A stretch of DNA of 64,000 nucleotides from Yuukianura sp. NJ FZ-2021 (GCA_046563655.1 CM102286.1:10540001-10604000), one strand, 5' to 3'; counted from the stretch's first letter, positions 53,592 to 63,718 are shown. Numbers and translations: made by a program. Notes: a model not told the origin generated them from the sequence alone.

Positions 53592-54452
53592 ATGTCCGAA
53601 GAAGAAAGTTCTTCAGAAATGGCTACAGCTAATGTAACTAGTGACCTTAAGAATGTTTTAAGGTCAATCCCTAAGTTCAATGGAAAAACGAACATAGAGT
53701 TGTTCTGTGCAAGATGCGATGCAGTGATCGCAGCAGGTCAGATTGACACGAGGTCAATTATCCTGAATTTCCACTTCCTAATTGAAGGAGAAGTCTAAGA
53801 TTGGTGGAGTTGGACACAGTTAAAGTTCATTAAGGACTTAACGGCCCTTAATCGTGACCAAAAGTGGACAGAACTGAAAGCGGCTCTAAAAATGTTGTAC
53901 GAGCCGGAGTCAGTTCGTAAAGAAGCTAAAACCGCTTCAAAAACAATTCGGTTTACTGACTGTGCGTCAGCGGGTGAATACGTCACCAAAAAGTTATGTT
54001 ACTTTGGGATTATGAATCCCAATATGAGCGATGAGAACCAAGTTGAAAAGTTAATTAAGGGATTACCTGAGAACTTGCGGAACATTATGTATTGTTCAGA
54101 ACCAAAAACAACGGCTGAATATTTGCAAAAGTTGCGAAAATTAGATAAGCCGACCAGTAATGTGATGAAAGAATTCACATTTAAATCACAGAACACTGCT
54201 AGTAACAGTCATACTAGAAAGGTTGTCGAGAGTTCGTCTCGAACAACGTCCTGATAAGGATGATCGTCGTCTAAATCGGTTAAGCCAAATGGATGTTTCT
54301 ATTGAAAGGAAACTGATTACTTACTAAACTGATTACTGATTACTTAGGACTGTCCAAAGTGTCCTTATAAAAGAGAACCGAAAAGCTCAAGTTCAGTGAT
54401 GAATGTCACAAGTGATGTCACTGATGATGTAGTTTGTTCAAAAAACCAGTAG
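53592..54452 (+). pseudogene. gag: Gypsy gag with premature stops and a degenerate CCHC knuckle
   Basis: IPKFNGK, ..LIKGLPE.., GCFY*KETD...DCPK. Ends at TCA AAA AAC CAG TAG. Confidence 0.8.
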
Positions 54453-54479
54453 AGAAAGTGGAGTTCTACCACTTTAAAA

Positions 54480-56076
54480 ATGGAACAAACACCAAAACTA
54501 GGTAGTCAGATTTGTGATAAGATCACAAATGTAAACAAACACAAAAGTTGTGTTGAAACAGCTGATGTTTCATGTTTAGTATTAAGTCCTATTCTGCGCA
54601 GGTCAGGAGGGAAATCTAGTGCAAAAGTCAGAAAAAGTTCTAAAATTGCAAAATCAGGGCCGTACACCTCAGTTGAAGGACAAAAGTTGTCAGCTTCATT
54701 TAGAGATAGGCGTATTGGACCCAAAATAGTTACTGAATTTTTGATCAGTGGATCAAAATTCAATATTCGAGTTGATGAGGGCAGTAACATAAGTGTTATC
54801 AGCCCTGAGTTCTTGTCAAAAGTGACAAAAGCTGTACATAAAAGTTATGCAGTGCCGACACTGACAGTGCAGACGGCCCTGCAGAAAATCCAAATTTCGG
54901 AGTTCGTTGAATTAAAAGTAATTCACGAAGGTGAAAGTATCCTGTGGGGCTTTCACATTATGCCCGGATTTTTAGAGGAGATTTTGTTAGGAACAGATTG
55001 GACAACAAGGTCCAAATGTTCAAAATCTCAAAATTCAAGTCCAGAAATCGGCGAAAGTCTAAGTGACACAGTTCCCGATTTACCAAATTCAGATGAAATG
55101 TCAAAAGGTCAAGTTGAAAATCCTGTGTGGAAATTCAAATTAGTCGAGTCAGTTACGCTACCTCCGTGGAATTGCGTAAAATTAAAAGTTCATTGCCCTA
55201 AGTTAGTTTCAGGTTCGGTTGTGATGAGTCCAAACCGAGATTTACAATTTGAATATATGTTAATGCAGCCGTATGTGTACGCTGTCATTAAAAATAGCGA
55301 GACGGACCTGTGGGTCACTAACCTGAACAGAGTTCCGGTTACAGTCAACAAAAACACCACAATTGCTACTGCGCATGCGTGCGCAGAAAAAGCTACAGTA
55401 ATGGTTCTAAGTGAACAAATGGAAGAATCTCAAGTCAAAATTAGTCCCAAGGTCAAGGGTGACCTTCAAGTTAAGTTGGGGGAGCAGTTGACCCTCCATG
55501 AAAAGCGGGAAATTTTGAAAATATTAGAAGATTATTCGGATGTCTTTGTGACAGACGAATCAAAAGTTGGTAAGACCAACTTAGTTAAGCACAAAATAGA
55601 TACAGGGGATCATCCGCCTGTCCCACTTGTACCATGCTTCCTTTGTGGAACGGGGTAGGATCAAAGAGAAAGTACAAGATTTGTTCAGGGCCGGCATTGT
55701 CGAAGAGTCGACCTCGCCATGGGCCGCACCTGTGGTATTAGTACCAAAGAAAGATGGAACTTGGAGGTTATGTTGTGACTTCCGGAAGTTGAATTCCATC
55801 ACAAAGAAAAATGCATATCCTTTACCAAGGATGGAAGATGCATTAGATAGATTGGGCGGAGCCAAATATTTTTCAGTTTTGGATTTAGTCTCTGGGTTCT
55901 ACCAAATTGAGGTAGATGAGCAAGACAGAGAAAAGACCGCCATTGTAACACCAGATGGGTTATACCAATTTAGACGTCTTCCAGTGTGATTATGCAATTC
56001 ACATTCGACATTCCAGTATTTGATGGATATTGTTCTATCAAAATTAAAATGGTCCAGTGTCTTAGTGTACCTGGAT
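54480..56076 (+). pseudogene. pol: Gypsy pol 5' part: protease, dUTPase-like spacer, RT up to YLD
   Basis: Frameshift near 55627. TGA at 55987 replaces the G of the usual P.GL motif, and the frame continues LCNSHSTFQYLMDIVLSKLKWSSVLVYLD. Confidence 0.9.
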
Positions 56077-56396
56077 TGTGGATGTGTATTATTCAAAGTA
56101 TGATGGGTTGGTGTTGGATGATATTAATGTGAGGGGGCTTTCTGATGAAGACAAGATACATTTGGTGGATTTGGATTTGCCTACGAACATAAATGTTCGT
56201 TATCATGTTGCTTATATCCCTGCGAAATTCCCTCGAATATTCACTACTAACTTGAACAAGGTTGAATTTTTTGCTTGTAACAATGAGGCGCAAAAAAAAG
56301 GCTACTTGGAATCGGGTGAGCTTTCATACTTTTTTGAATGATTTATACACCCGCCCAGTTGAGGTAGTTACAATTGATGATGAGATTCATGAATAA
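56077..56396 (+). other. rep: Endogenous CRESS-DNA virus Rep fragment (C-terminal SF3 helicase)
   Basis: YDGLVLDD (Walker B), IHLVD..NINVRYHVAYIPAKFPRIFTTN (motifs B' and C). After a frameshift in an A-run it reads KATWNRV..DEIHE-TAA, with AATAAA overlapping the stop. Confidence 0.8.
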
Positions 56397-56404
56397 AATG
56401 TTTA

Positions 56405-56970
56405 TTAAGCAGGGAGCTGCTGTTGTCTAACTTGAAAGTAGTGGTATTGTTGTAAATCTAGTTTTATAGTAGTAAGTTGTTTATAATTTTCTTGAATTGA
56501 GAGGTCTAGTGCTGCTGTTATGTCCGTCACACCAAGGAGTAGGCCCCCGTTGGATTCGTATTCAGCTACGGGTGCGACGTTGTTGTTTAGTTGAGTCCAA
56601 TAGTGGGGGGTCCAATTGTTGCCTGTCCATTTGGAAACATTTTCCGTTCCCCACCAGCTTTTGTATTGTCGTGGGCATTTAAATGTGAATTTTTTAGACC
56701 GCCCTATGCCAATTTTTTTGACTCCATTGTTTTGAGTCCAAGTCCGGGGGTCGACGGATTCTGGGGTAGAATAGCGTTGGAGAAAGTCAACATGAATTGG
56801 ATGGTCCCTGTGTTGGATGATTTGGGTTGGCGCTTCGAGTCCTTTTTGGTCGTTGAGTTTGTATATAACTGAGGTGATCTCAACTGGTTTGACGACGTAG
56901 GTGGAGCCTGTGTATCTCATCATCATCCAGTTTTGAGTTTTTGTGAAGAGGATGGTTCTGGTTTTGATTG
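56405..56970 (-). other. Endogenous CRESS-DNA virus capsid-like ORF fragment, convergent with Rep
   Basis: Open, intronless 173+ aa frame ending 8 nt from the Rep stop with its own AATAAA. Beta-rich composition (GVKKIGIGRSKKFTFKCP, TIKLDLQQYHYFQVR). The assignment rests mainly on position. Confidence 0.6.
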
Positions 56971-57007
56971 TAAATGTAAATGTAAATGTAAATAGGACAA
57001 CATTTTA

Positions 57008-57376
57008 TTGGTACGATTTAGAACAATTCAGTGTCTATTATTGGACGTTAGTAGAAAAACAGCAGCGGAGAAGATTTTCTCAGAGTATTCTTGGATTGAG
57101 TTTAATCAAAGTCAACAAGAGTGGGAAGTTTATTTGGGGAGACATTTGGATCAGTTTTTCAAAGATCGAATTTATCGAGTGATTGAGTTAATTGAAGAGT
57201 ATTCTGACGACGACGACAGTTACGAAGAGCACATTAGCTACAAGTTTCGTGAATGTTTAGAAGACTGGCGGTATAGTTACATTGACATTGAACTTTCAAA
57301 TTTGAATTCAAGCCGAGCTCTCATCAATCCAGTGTTGTTTGACTACCACTTCACCGTTTATGAATCCGAATCATGA
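57008..57376 (+). other. Densovirus NS3-like ORF fragment
   Basis: Acidic/aromatic ORF directly upstream of and overlapping the NS1 (57360) and NS2 (57373) ATGs, which is the ambidensovirus layout. Confidence 0.5.
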
Positions 57377-58776
57377 GCCAAATGTAGACGCCAGAAGCCC
57401 CAATCCCTCCAATCGCTCCGTCTACGAAAATCGAAGTCTGTCGAAAATTTCGAGATCCAAGCGTCGAGCTCCTTTGGAAACTCACGATTCAACACCAAAA
57501 AGACGCGATGGGTACATCTCATCGGATTCCAGGGACGAGGCTCTGAGTATGATGACGCTACCTTCAAGCAACATGTACAATCCTTCACAGAAGATGTCAT
57601 TGCCACATGCCACTCAAGATGCACCCAAGGATTCAGACTTTGACGCCGACAACAGCCACTTCCATGTCGTCTTCAAGTATTACCGAGGATCCCGAGTTTT
57701 TGAACTCTGGAATCATTGGATTAATCGATTCAACTATTACTTCAAGGCCAGCGACGTCTCGAATGTCGAGCGCCTCCGAGAATATTTACATCGCGGGGAG
57801 GGACGGGACATACTATACGAAAAAGCTAACTACGTCCCGGACTACATCCCACGTGACACTGGATTTCAGCGTCTCCGAGCATCCAACAGTAAGTACCACT
57901 TGACAATTATATTTTCAAACTACTTTTTATGATTGTCTCTTGTTACTTTCAGATTCAATCAGCGAAGTTCGGTCCGAAAATTAGGCAAGTGAAAGCCCAA
58001 ATTCCGAAGGACCACCCAATTCTCCAGCAGTTGATGAACTTCAGGGATCACACTTGGCAACAGTCATGGAAGGACGTCAAGGTGGAGACGCACCAAAAGG
58101 TAAGCGTCGCGTCGTCTTACTATCGACGATGATTGAAAAGTACAAGCCAGAGACATCTCTTGAATTTATTCAAGCAATTCAAACCTTAGGCACCAGATTT
58201 GAAAAGGATTTTCTTCAATACAATAACGTTTCAAGCCAGTTTTCTTATTTACTAGATACTCAAATTTACAATAATCATCTTCAAAACAAGTAGACTCCTT
58301 GGCTTTCTCTTATTGAAACTTGTCCAATTGATGCTCTTTCCATTCGAAAAAATTTATTGTCAGTTGAAGACACTGAAGGATGGCTTCTTTCAATTCTTGA
58401 ATTTAATTCAATTAATCCTTTTGATTTTGTGTCTACAATTTATGAAGTTATGGATAGACGTAAGCCTAAAAACAATACAATTTGGTTTAAAGGTCCTCCC
58501 AATTGTGGAAAGAGTCTGATTGCAAATTCAATTGGAGATAGTTGTAGTTATGCTTTTCGTGGGGATCAGCCTGACCCACGTGAAGCTAGGTTTGTCTTTG
58601 CAGGCTTAGCCACAGCACGTGTAGGGATTATGAATGAATTTCGAGTTTATAGTAATACTGTAGATAAAGTTTTACTCATTCTTGAAGGAGCTGACGTAAT
58701 TAACGACGTCAAATGTAAACAAGGCGTAAACATTCAAAGAACTCCAATTATTATTACAACAAATGGAAATGTTTGG
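57360..58776 (+). other. NS1: Endogenous densovirus/parvovirus NS1 with overlapping NS2-like frame (57373-58132) and a 64-nt intron at 57889-57952
   Basis: HUH motif SHFHVV, EYLHRGEGR, Walker A GPPNCGKS, Walker B IMNE, motif C PIIITTN. Two in-frame TAG stops. Confidence 0.9.
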
Positions 58777-61053
58777 AGCCCTACTTTTGAAGTACACCAG
58801 CAAAGGCTGTTGACGGTCCTGCAGAGGCTAAGAGATGCCAACTTAACTTTGAAAAGTTCAAAGTGTAGTTTTGGAGAAAGCAAGATTAAGTATCTTGGTC
58901 ATTTGATTTCTGCAGACGGAATCGAAGTTGACCCTGAAAAAGTTTCAGCAGTGACGAAATTTTCAGTGCCGTCAAATCAGACCCACATTCGTTCTTTTGT
59001 GAACATGTGTGGTTATTATAGGCGTTTTATCAAGGATTTTGGTAAAATAGTTACGCCACTGAATTTTCTTTTACGTAAAGATCAACCTTTTGTTTGGGGT
59101 AAAGAACAGCAAAGTGCGTTTGACACCCTAAAACTTGCATTAGTTTCAAGCCCTATCTTAGCGTTTCCGTTAGAAAACTGTTCTAACGAAATTCATTGTG
59201 ATAGTTCTGGATATGGAGTTGGCGCGACATTGGTCCAAATCCAGGAGGGTAAGCCCAAGGTCATTGCTTATGCTAGTCGTAGCATGACAGACATTGAAAA
59301 ACGATATACGGCAAGTGAGCAAGAGTGCTTAGCTGTCGTATTCGCAGTTCAGAAGTTTAGGCCGTATGTGTATGGTACACATTTTTCAGTGCTCACTGAC
59401 CACAGTGCGCTAAAGTGGCTATTTTCTGTCAAAAACCCACATGGTAGGTTAGCCCGTTGGTCGTTCTTGCTACAGACGCAAGATATGACGATTATTCATC
59501 GTGCGGGTAAAGCGTCTAACGATGTAGACCCACTGTCAAGATATCCAGTAGGATCGGCCGAGTCTGTGGATTCGTCAGACCTACTACTGGTTAAGTGCAC
59601 TTCAAAAAGTAAACAAAGTGAAAGTGAAATTCAATCAGTTTGTAATTTCTCTCATTCTCAAGTTAAGTCACTTAGTGAGAAAGTGTTAAGTGAAGTGTTG
59701 TCATTGGAAGGAGTCAACATGCAAGTTCAGCAGCAGCAGGATCCTTGGATTCGAAAGATTGTGACTTTCATCCAAAATGCTGAAAACAAAGTGAAACAGT
59801 CGAAGAAACCTCCAGTGAAACACTTAGACGACTTCAGTTTACAGAATGGAGTTCTGTATATTGCTAATTTTGAAGAAAGTGAACGTTCGTGGAGATTAGT
59901 TCTTCCGAAAAGTCTTCGGAAAGACGTTCTGAAGTCGATACATTCAAGTGACCTAGGTGCTCACTTAGGAATGACAAGAACATGGATTTTGGTAAGATCT
60001 CGTTTTTATTGGCCTGGTATTTATCGTGACACCAGAAGATTTGTTCTAGGATGTCAGATTTGCCAAGTACATAGAGTTAGACGAGGTCAAGAATATGGAA
60101 CAATGCAAGATTTCGAAGAGGTCAGTAGTCCCTTCGAAAGAGTAGGCGTTGATTTCATAGGCCCTTTTGTAGCGTCACGTGGTAACGCAAATAAGTATGC
60201 GTTAATCATGGTTGATCATTTTAGCCGTTACGTAGAGTCCGTTGCTGTTCCGAATGCGACAGCAGAAGTAGTAATTGACGGAATTGTGAATAAGATCATT
60301 TTACGGCATTCGTTGCCAAAAGAGTTCGTTTTGGACCAAGGGAGGCAGTTCACTGCTAATTTAGTGAAATTAGCAAAAGAAAAGTTAAAGTTCAAGGTGA
60401 ACTTTACGTCCCCTTACCATCCTCAAGCAAACCGATTAACGGAAAGGTGCAATCAGACCCTTAAGATGTCGATTGCAAAACTTACAGAGCCTGATCAAGC
60501 AAATTGGGACAATTGTTTAAGTTCAGCTACTTTCGCGTATAATGTAACGCGACAGGAAAGTACTGAATATAGTCCATTTTTTTTAGTCCATGGTAGACAG
60601 CCTAGACTGCCTATAGACATGGATTTACCAGTTGATGAAACTGTAGAGGTTAGGACACCGTTTCCTAAAGAGTTAATGGCTGCTAGGTGCAAAGCCATTG
60701 TTAATTCTAGAAGAGCTCATGAGAAATCTAAAGTTAGATTTGACAGGAATAAGAGAGATAGTCCTTTTGTCATAGGTGACAAAGTGTTAAGAACAGTACC
60801 GACAATTAAGAAAGGTTTGTCCCAGGCATTTTTGCCTAAGAAAACAGGACCATTCGTCATCGTGAAAAAAGTTTCCGATGTAAATTTTCAAATTAACGCA
60901 TTGTTCGGAAAGAGAAAGAAGCCATTTACAGTTCATGTGAGGGATTTGACCCCTTACTACAGTGATTTTGAGTCAGACTCATCATTTACATCTGCAGAAA
61001 TAAGTTCCAGATCGAACGAAGTCACTAGTTCAAGTACAAAAAGTTGTACTTAG
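58357..61053 (+). CDS. Chimeric 898-codon ORF: NS1 SF3 helicase fused to Gypsy RT C-terminus, RNase H and integrase
   Basis: Continuous frame ..RTPIIITTNGN-VW-SPTFEVHQQRL..KCSFG..YLGH. Expression is not demonstrated. Confidence 0.75.
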   Translation: MSVEDTEGWLLSILEFNSINPFDFVSTIYEVMDRRKPKNNTIWFKGPPNCGKSLIANSIGDSCSYAFRGDQPDPREARFVFAGLATARVGIMNEFRVYSNTVDKVLLILEGADVINDVKCKQGVNIQRTPIIITTNGNVWSPTFEVHQQRLLTVLQRLRDANLTLKSSKCSFGESKIKYLGHLISADGIEVDPEKVSAVTKFSVPSNQTHIRSFVNMCGYYRRFIKDFGKIVTPLNFLLRKDQPFVWGKEQQSAFDTLKLALVSSPILAFPLENCSNEIHCDSSGYGVGATLVQIQEGKPKVIAYASRSMTDIEKRYTASEQECLAVVFAVQKFRPYVYGTHFSVLTDHSALKWLFSVKNPHGRLARWSFLLQTQDMTIIHRAGKASNDVDPLSRYPVGSAESVDSSDLLLVKCTSKSKQSESEIQSVCNFSHSQVKSLSEKVLSEVLSLEGVNMQVQQQQDPWIRKIVTFIQNAENKVKQSKKPPVKHLDDFSLQNGVLYIANFEESERSWRLVLPKSLRKDVLKSIHSSDLGAHLGMTRTWILVRSRFYWPGIYRDTRRFVLGCQICQVHRVRRGQEYGTMQDFEEVSSPFERVGVDFIGPFVASRGNANKYALIMVDHFSRYVESVAVPNATAEVVIDGIVNKIILRHSLPKEFVLDQGRQFTANLVKLAKEKLKFKVNFTSPYHPQANRLTERCNQTLKMSIAKLTEPDQANWDNCLSSATFAYNVTRQESTEYSPFFLVHGRQPRLPIDMDLPVDETVEVRTPFPKELMAARCKAIVNSRRAHEKSKVRFDRNKRDSPFVIGDKVLRTVPTIKKGLSQAFLPKKTGPFVIVKKVSDVNFQINALFGKRKKPFTVHVRDLTPYYSDFESDSSFTSAEISSRSNEVTSSSTKSCT

Positions 61054-61539
61054 AGTAGTGATGCAAAATAGTGCAACTAGTAAAACGGACAGTGTTAGTT
61101 ACACAAAGTCCAGTACCTCCAGTCAAGGTCAGAAGAGTTCATACAGGAGGCAGTTGCCTATAAAAGTAGTTCCTGACATTGATTCTAGTTCATTTCCAGT
61201 TCAAAACCCTGACGGTGCTGACGACGAGTCGTTTGAAGAAGTTCAACTCAGAAGGTCAACAAGAGTACGTAAGGCACCGAAACGCTATGGTTGGTCCAGC
61301 GAAGAAAACTGACAGTAAGTTCTGGACTAAGGTATAAGTACCTTCGGTTCATGCACAGTCGCCTGTGTTCAATTTTCGAAATTGGAAGTTAGTTTGTAAG
61401 TCACTTTGTAGGAATTAGTAATTTATATTATTGTATCTTCAGAGAGGAGCAATTGGCTCTCCTCAACATCGGTCCAGATGACGAAGAGGAAGTTGATTGG
61501 GATTTAGTCAATGGCAGTAGTAACCACTCTGTGGGCGCT

Positions 61540-61731
61540 AGTAAAAACAAACTTGACCTGTAGGTCAAAACATGTAAACATGACCTACTTTTCGACACCC
61601 AACTTTTGTCAGTGCAGGACACCCAACTTTTGTCAGTGCAACTGCACTGACAAAAGTTGCACTGTCTGCGAGTAAAAACAAAAACAAAAACAAACCTGAC
61701 CTACAGTTCAAAAATGTAAACATGACCTAGT
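61540..61731. repeat. Local duplication plus perfect 17-bp hairpin
   Basis: AGTAAAAACAAA..TGACCT..ATGTAAACATGACCTA twice, ACACCCAACTTTTGTCAGTGCA twice, and inverted arms at 61624-61640 and 61643-61659. Confidence 0.8.
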
Positions 61732-62339
61732 TGCACTTTCAGAGTGCATGAGAAAATGATGATCTCATTTCTTCTCCCAGTGGAGAAGAGTATACGAGAG
61801 TAATCTTAGTTTAGCCCGTGGAACTGAGATGGGACCTTTCCATCACAGTTTTACTGGCTAAACCATGGTTTTTGGGAGGTGTGGTTTTTGAGAAAGTGAG
61901 ATGCATCCCCCACTCCTCATTCCCACCCTGATGTGTCTTTACACAAAAAGCAGTTCTTCTAAAGCTTGGAGCGCGAGTGTTCCAGAAGTTAGTTTTTTTC
62001 TGTGTAACTTCACCATCTCATTTCTCATATCCCACCATTGAGTTTATGAGTTTTGTGCAGAAAAAGATTAAACTAACTTTTGGAACACCCGAGCCAGAGT
62101 GCGAATATGTCATAGGTGAAAGCAGAAATGTTTAAACAAAAGTTTCATCTTTGACAAAGTAGCATGTGCAATGTATCAATTTGTTATGACACTTAATTTT
62201 TATGACTTTCTTTCGCATTAATCAATACCCTGTGTGGCATCTTTGGAAATTTTGGTATTCAAATTTAGTTTAGTTGTTGAGCTTACAAATCAAAGTGTTC
62301 CAAAAAAGTTAGAACAAAAATTCGAAAACAATGACGGTG

Positions 62340-63718
62340 ATTTGTGGAATATGTCTTGTAGACATTTTGGAAGATGTGAGCGATGTGTTGTGGGCGATTT
62401 AGTGCTCACACGTATTTCACAAGTAAGTGAAAAATAATTTCTGAATATTTTTGATTCATTTTCAAAAAAAAATTTCTATGTTGTTTTACAAAAAAAAAAT
62501 AATTCTTTCGCTTGTTTTGAAATTCGTTATCTTTTGTTGTTTCAGACGATGCCTCCTCATTGCAAATCAATCTTGGATATATCGAAAAATTGATAAAGGA
62601 CGTGCGAAGGCAAAAGCTGAGAAAAGGCCTTACGTCAAACCTGAAAAATTCGAGTAAGTTTTTTTACCATACCATTTACCATATTCTTAGTAATAATTGT
62701 AATTTTGTATTTGTTTTTAGACCGCAATGTCCATTGTGTTTAACTCCGATGGAATTTAACCCGGAAACGAGCGAGACTTCTCCGTCCGTGGCTGGGATGA
62801 GGATTATTTTGAGCGAAGATGAGACGCCAAGACCAAGGTAAAATTTCGAAAAATTAAGCCCTATTAATTAATTAATTTGGTATATGAAGTTGAATGTTGT
62901 CTGTTTTGATTAGAACTCCACCACTTACCCCGCCACCCCCACCGCCCCCACCCACTGCACATGCCTCGACTTCGACAGGTTCAACATCCCCGTCACTTCT
63001 GGAATGCAGGTAAGTATTTTATTTTGTAAGAAAAAATTCGGCTTACAATTTTAAAACTAATCTTGGTTTGTAAAATTTCTTTTTGTTTTTTAGATGTATC
63101 AGCAAACAACCAAACTACTGCGAGTTGGTTGAAGAAAAAGTCAGGCAGCAGCGAATGAAAATTTATTCCGAAAAAAAACGTGCGGATGATGCCGAGGCAG
63201 TTCTGACAGATGTTTTGAGCCAAATTCCGCAACGACAAACCAACACTGAGGAAGCTGCACCGAATCAACATAAGCGACGGAGGACAGATTCCGATTTGAA
63301 CCGAGCTAATCCTGGACCGTCACGGAATTTGACCCCGACAACTGCAGGACCGTCACCTAATTCTTCACAGCCGACTGCAGGACCATCACGGAAATCGCTT
63401 CCGCCAAGTTCAGGACCGTCACGGTTGCCAACTGCAGGACCGTCACGGAACTCGGTCCAGGCAACTGCAGGGCCGTCGCGCAATCCACCAGAGCCGACTG
63501 CAGGACCGTCACGATATGTAGTGAAGCCGTATGCAGGGCCGTCACACAATCCAACACAAGCAACTGCAGGGCCGTCGCGCAATACAGCACAACCGGCGGT
63601 AAGAAATGCAGAATGTGACAACTCTGCTCGACAACTTCAGGTCAGATTGCGACGTCTGACACAAGAAGAAGTTGACTCGGTCTACATTGATTCCGGGGAG
63701 GAGGAGGCGGACCATTAG
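62340..63718 (+). CDS. Multi-exon uncharacterised gene with CxxC motifs, a polyproline stretch and a TAGPS repeat tail
   Basis: Short GT-AG introns, CERC and CPLC motifs, and a final exon with nine GPS-centred repeats (mostly 33 bp). The start was not located. Confidence 0.55.

Larger units (their letters stand above)
53296..61400 (+). mobile_element. Ty3/Gypsy LTR retrotransposon, degenerate, 3' LTR missing, carrying a viral insert
   Basis: Order gag - protease (VDEGS) - RT (SPWAAPVVLVPKKDG, CDFRKLN, YFSVLDL, VYLD) - RNase H (CDSS, EQEC, TDH) - integrase (HHCC, VDF..LDQG..ERCN, GPF). Confidence 0.96.
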
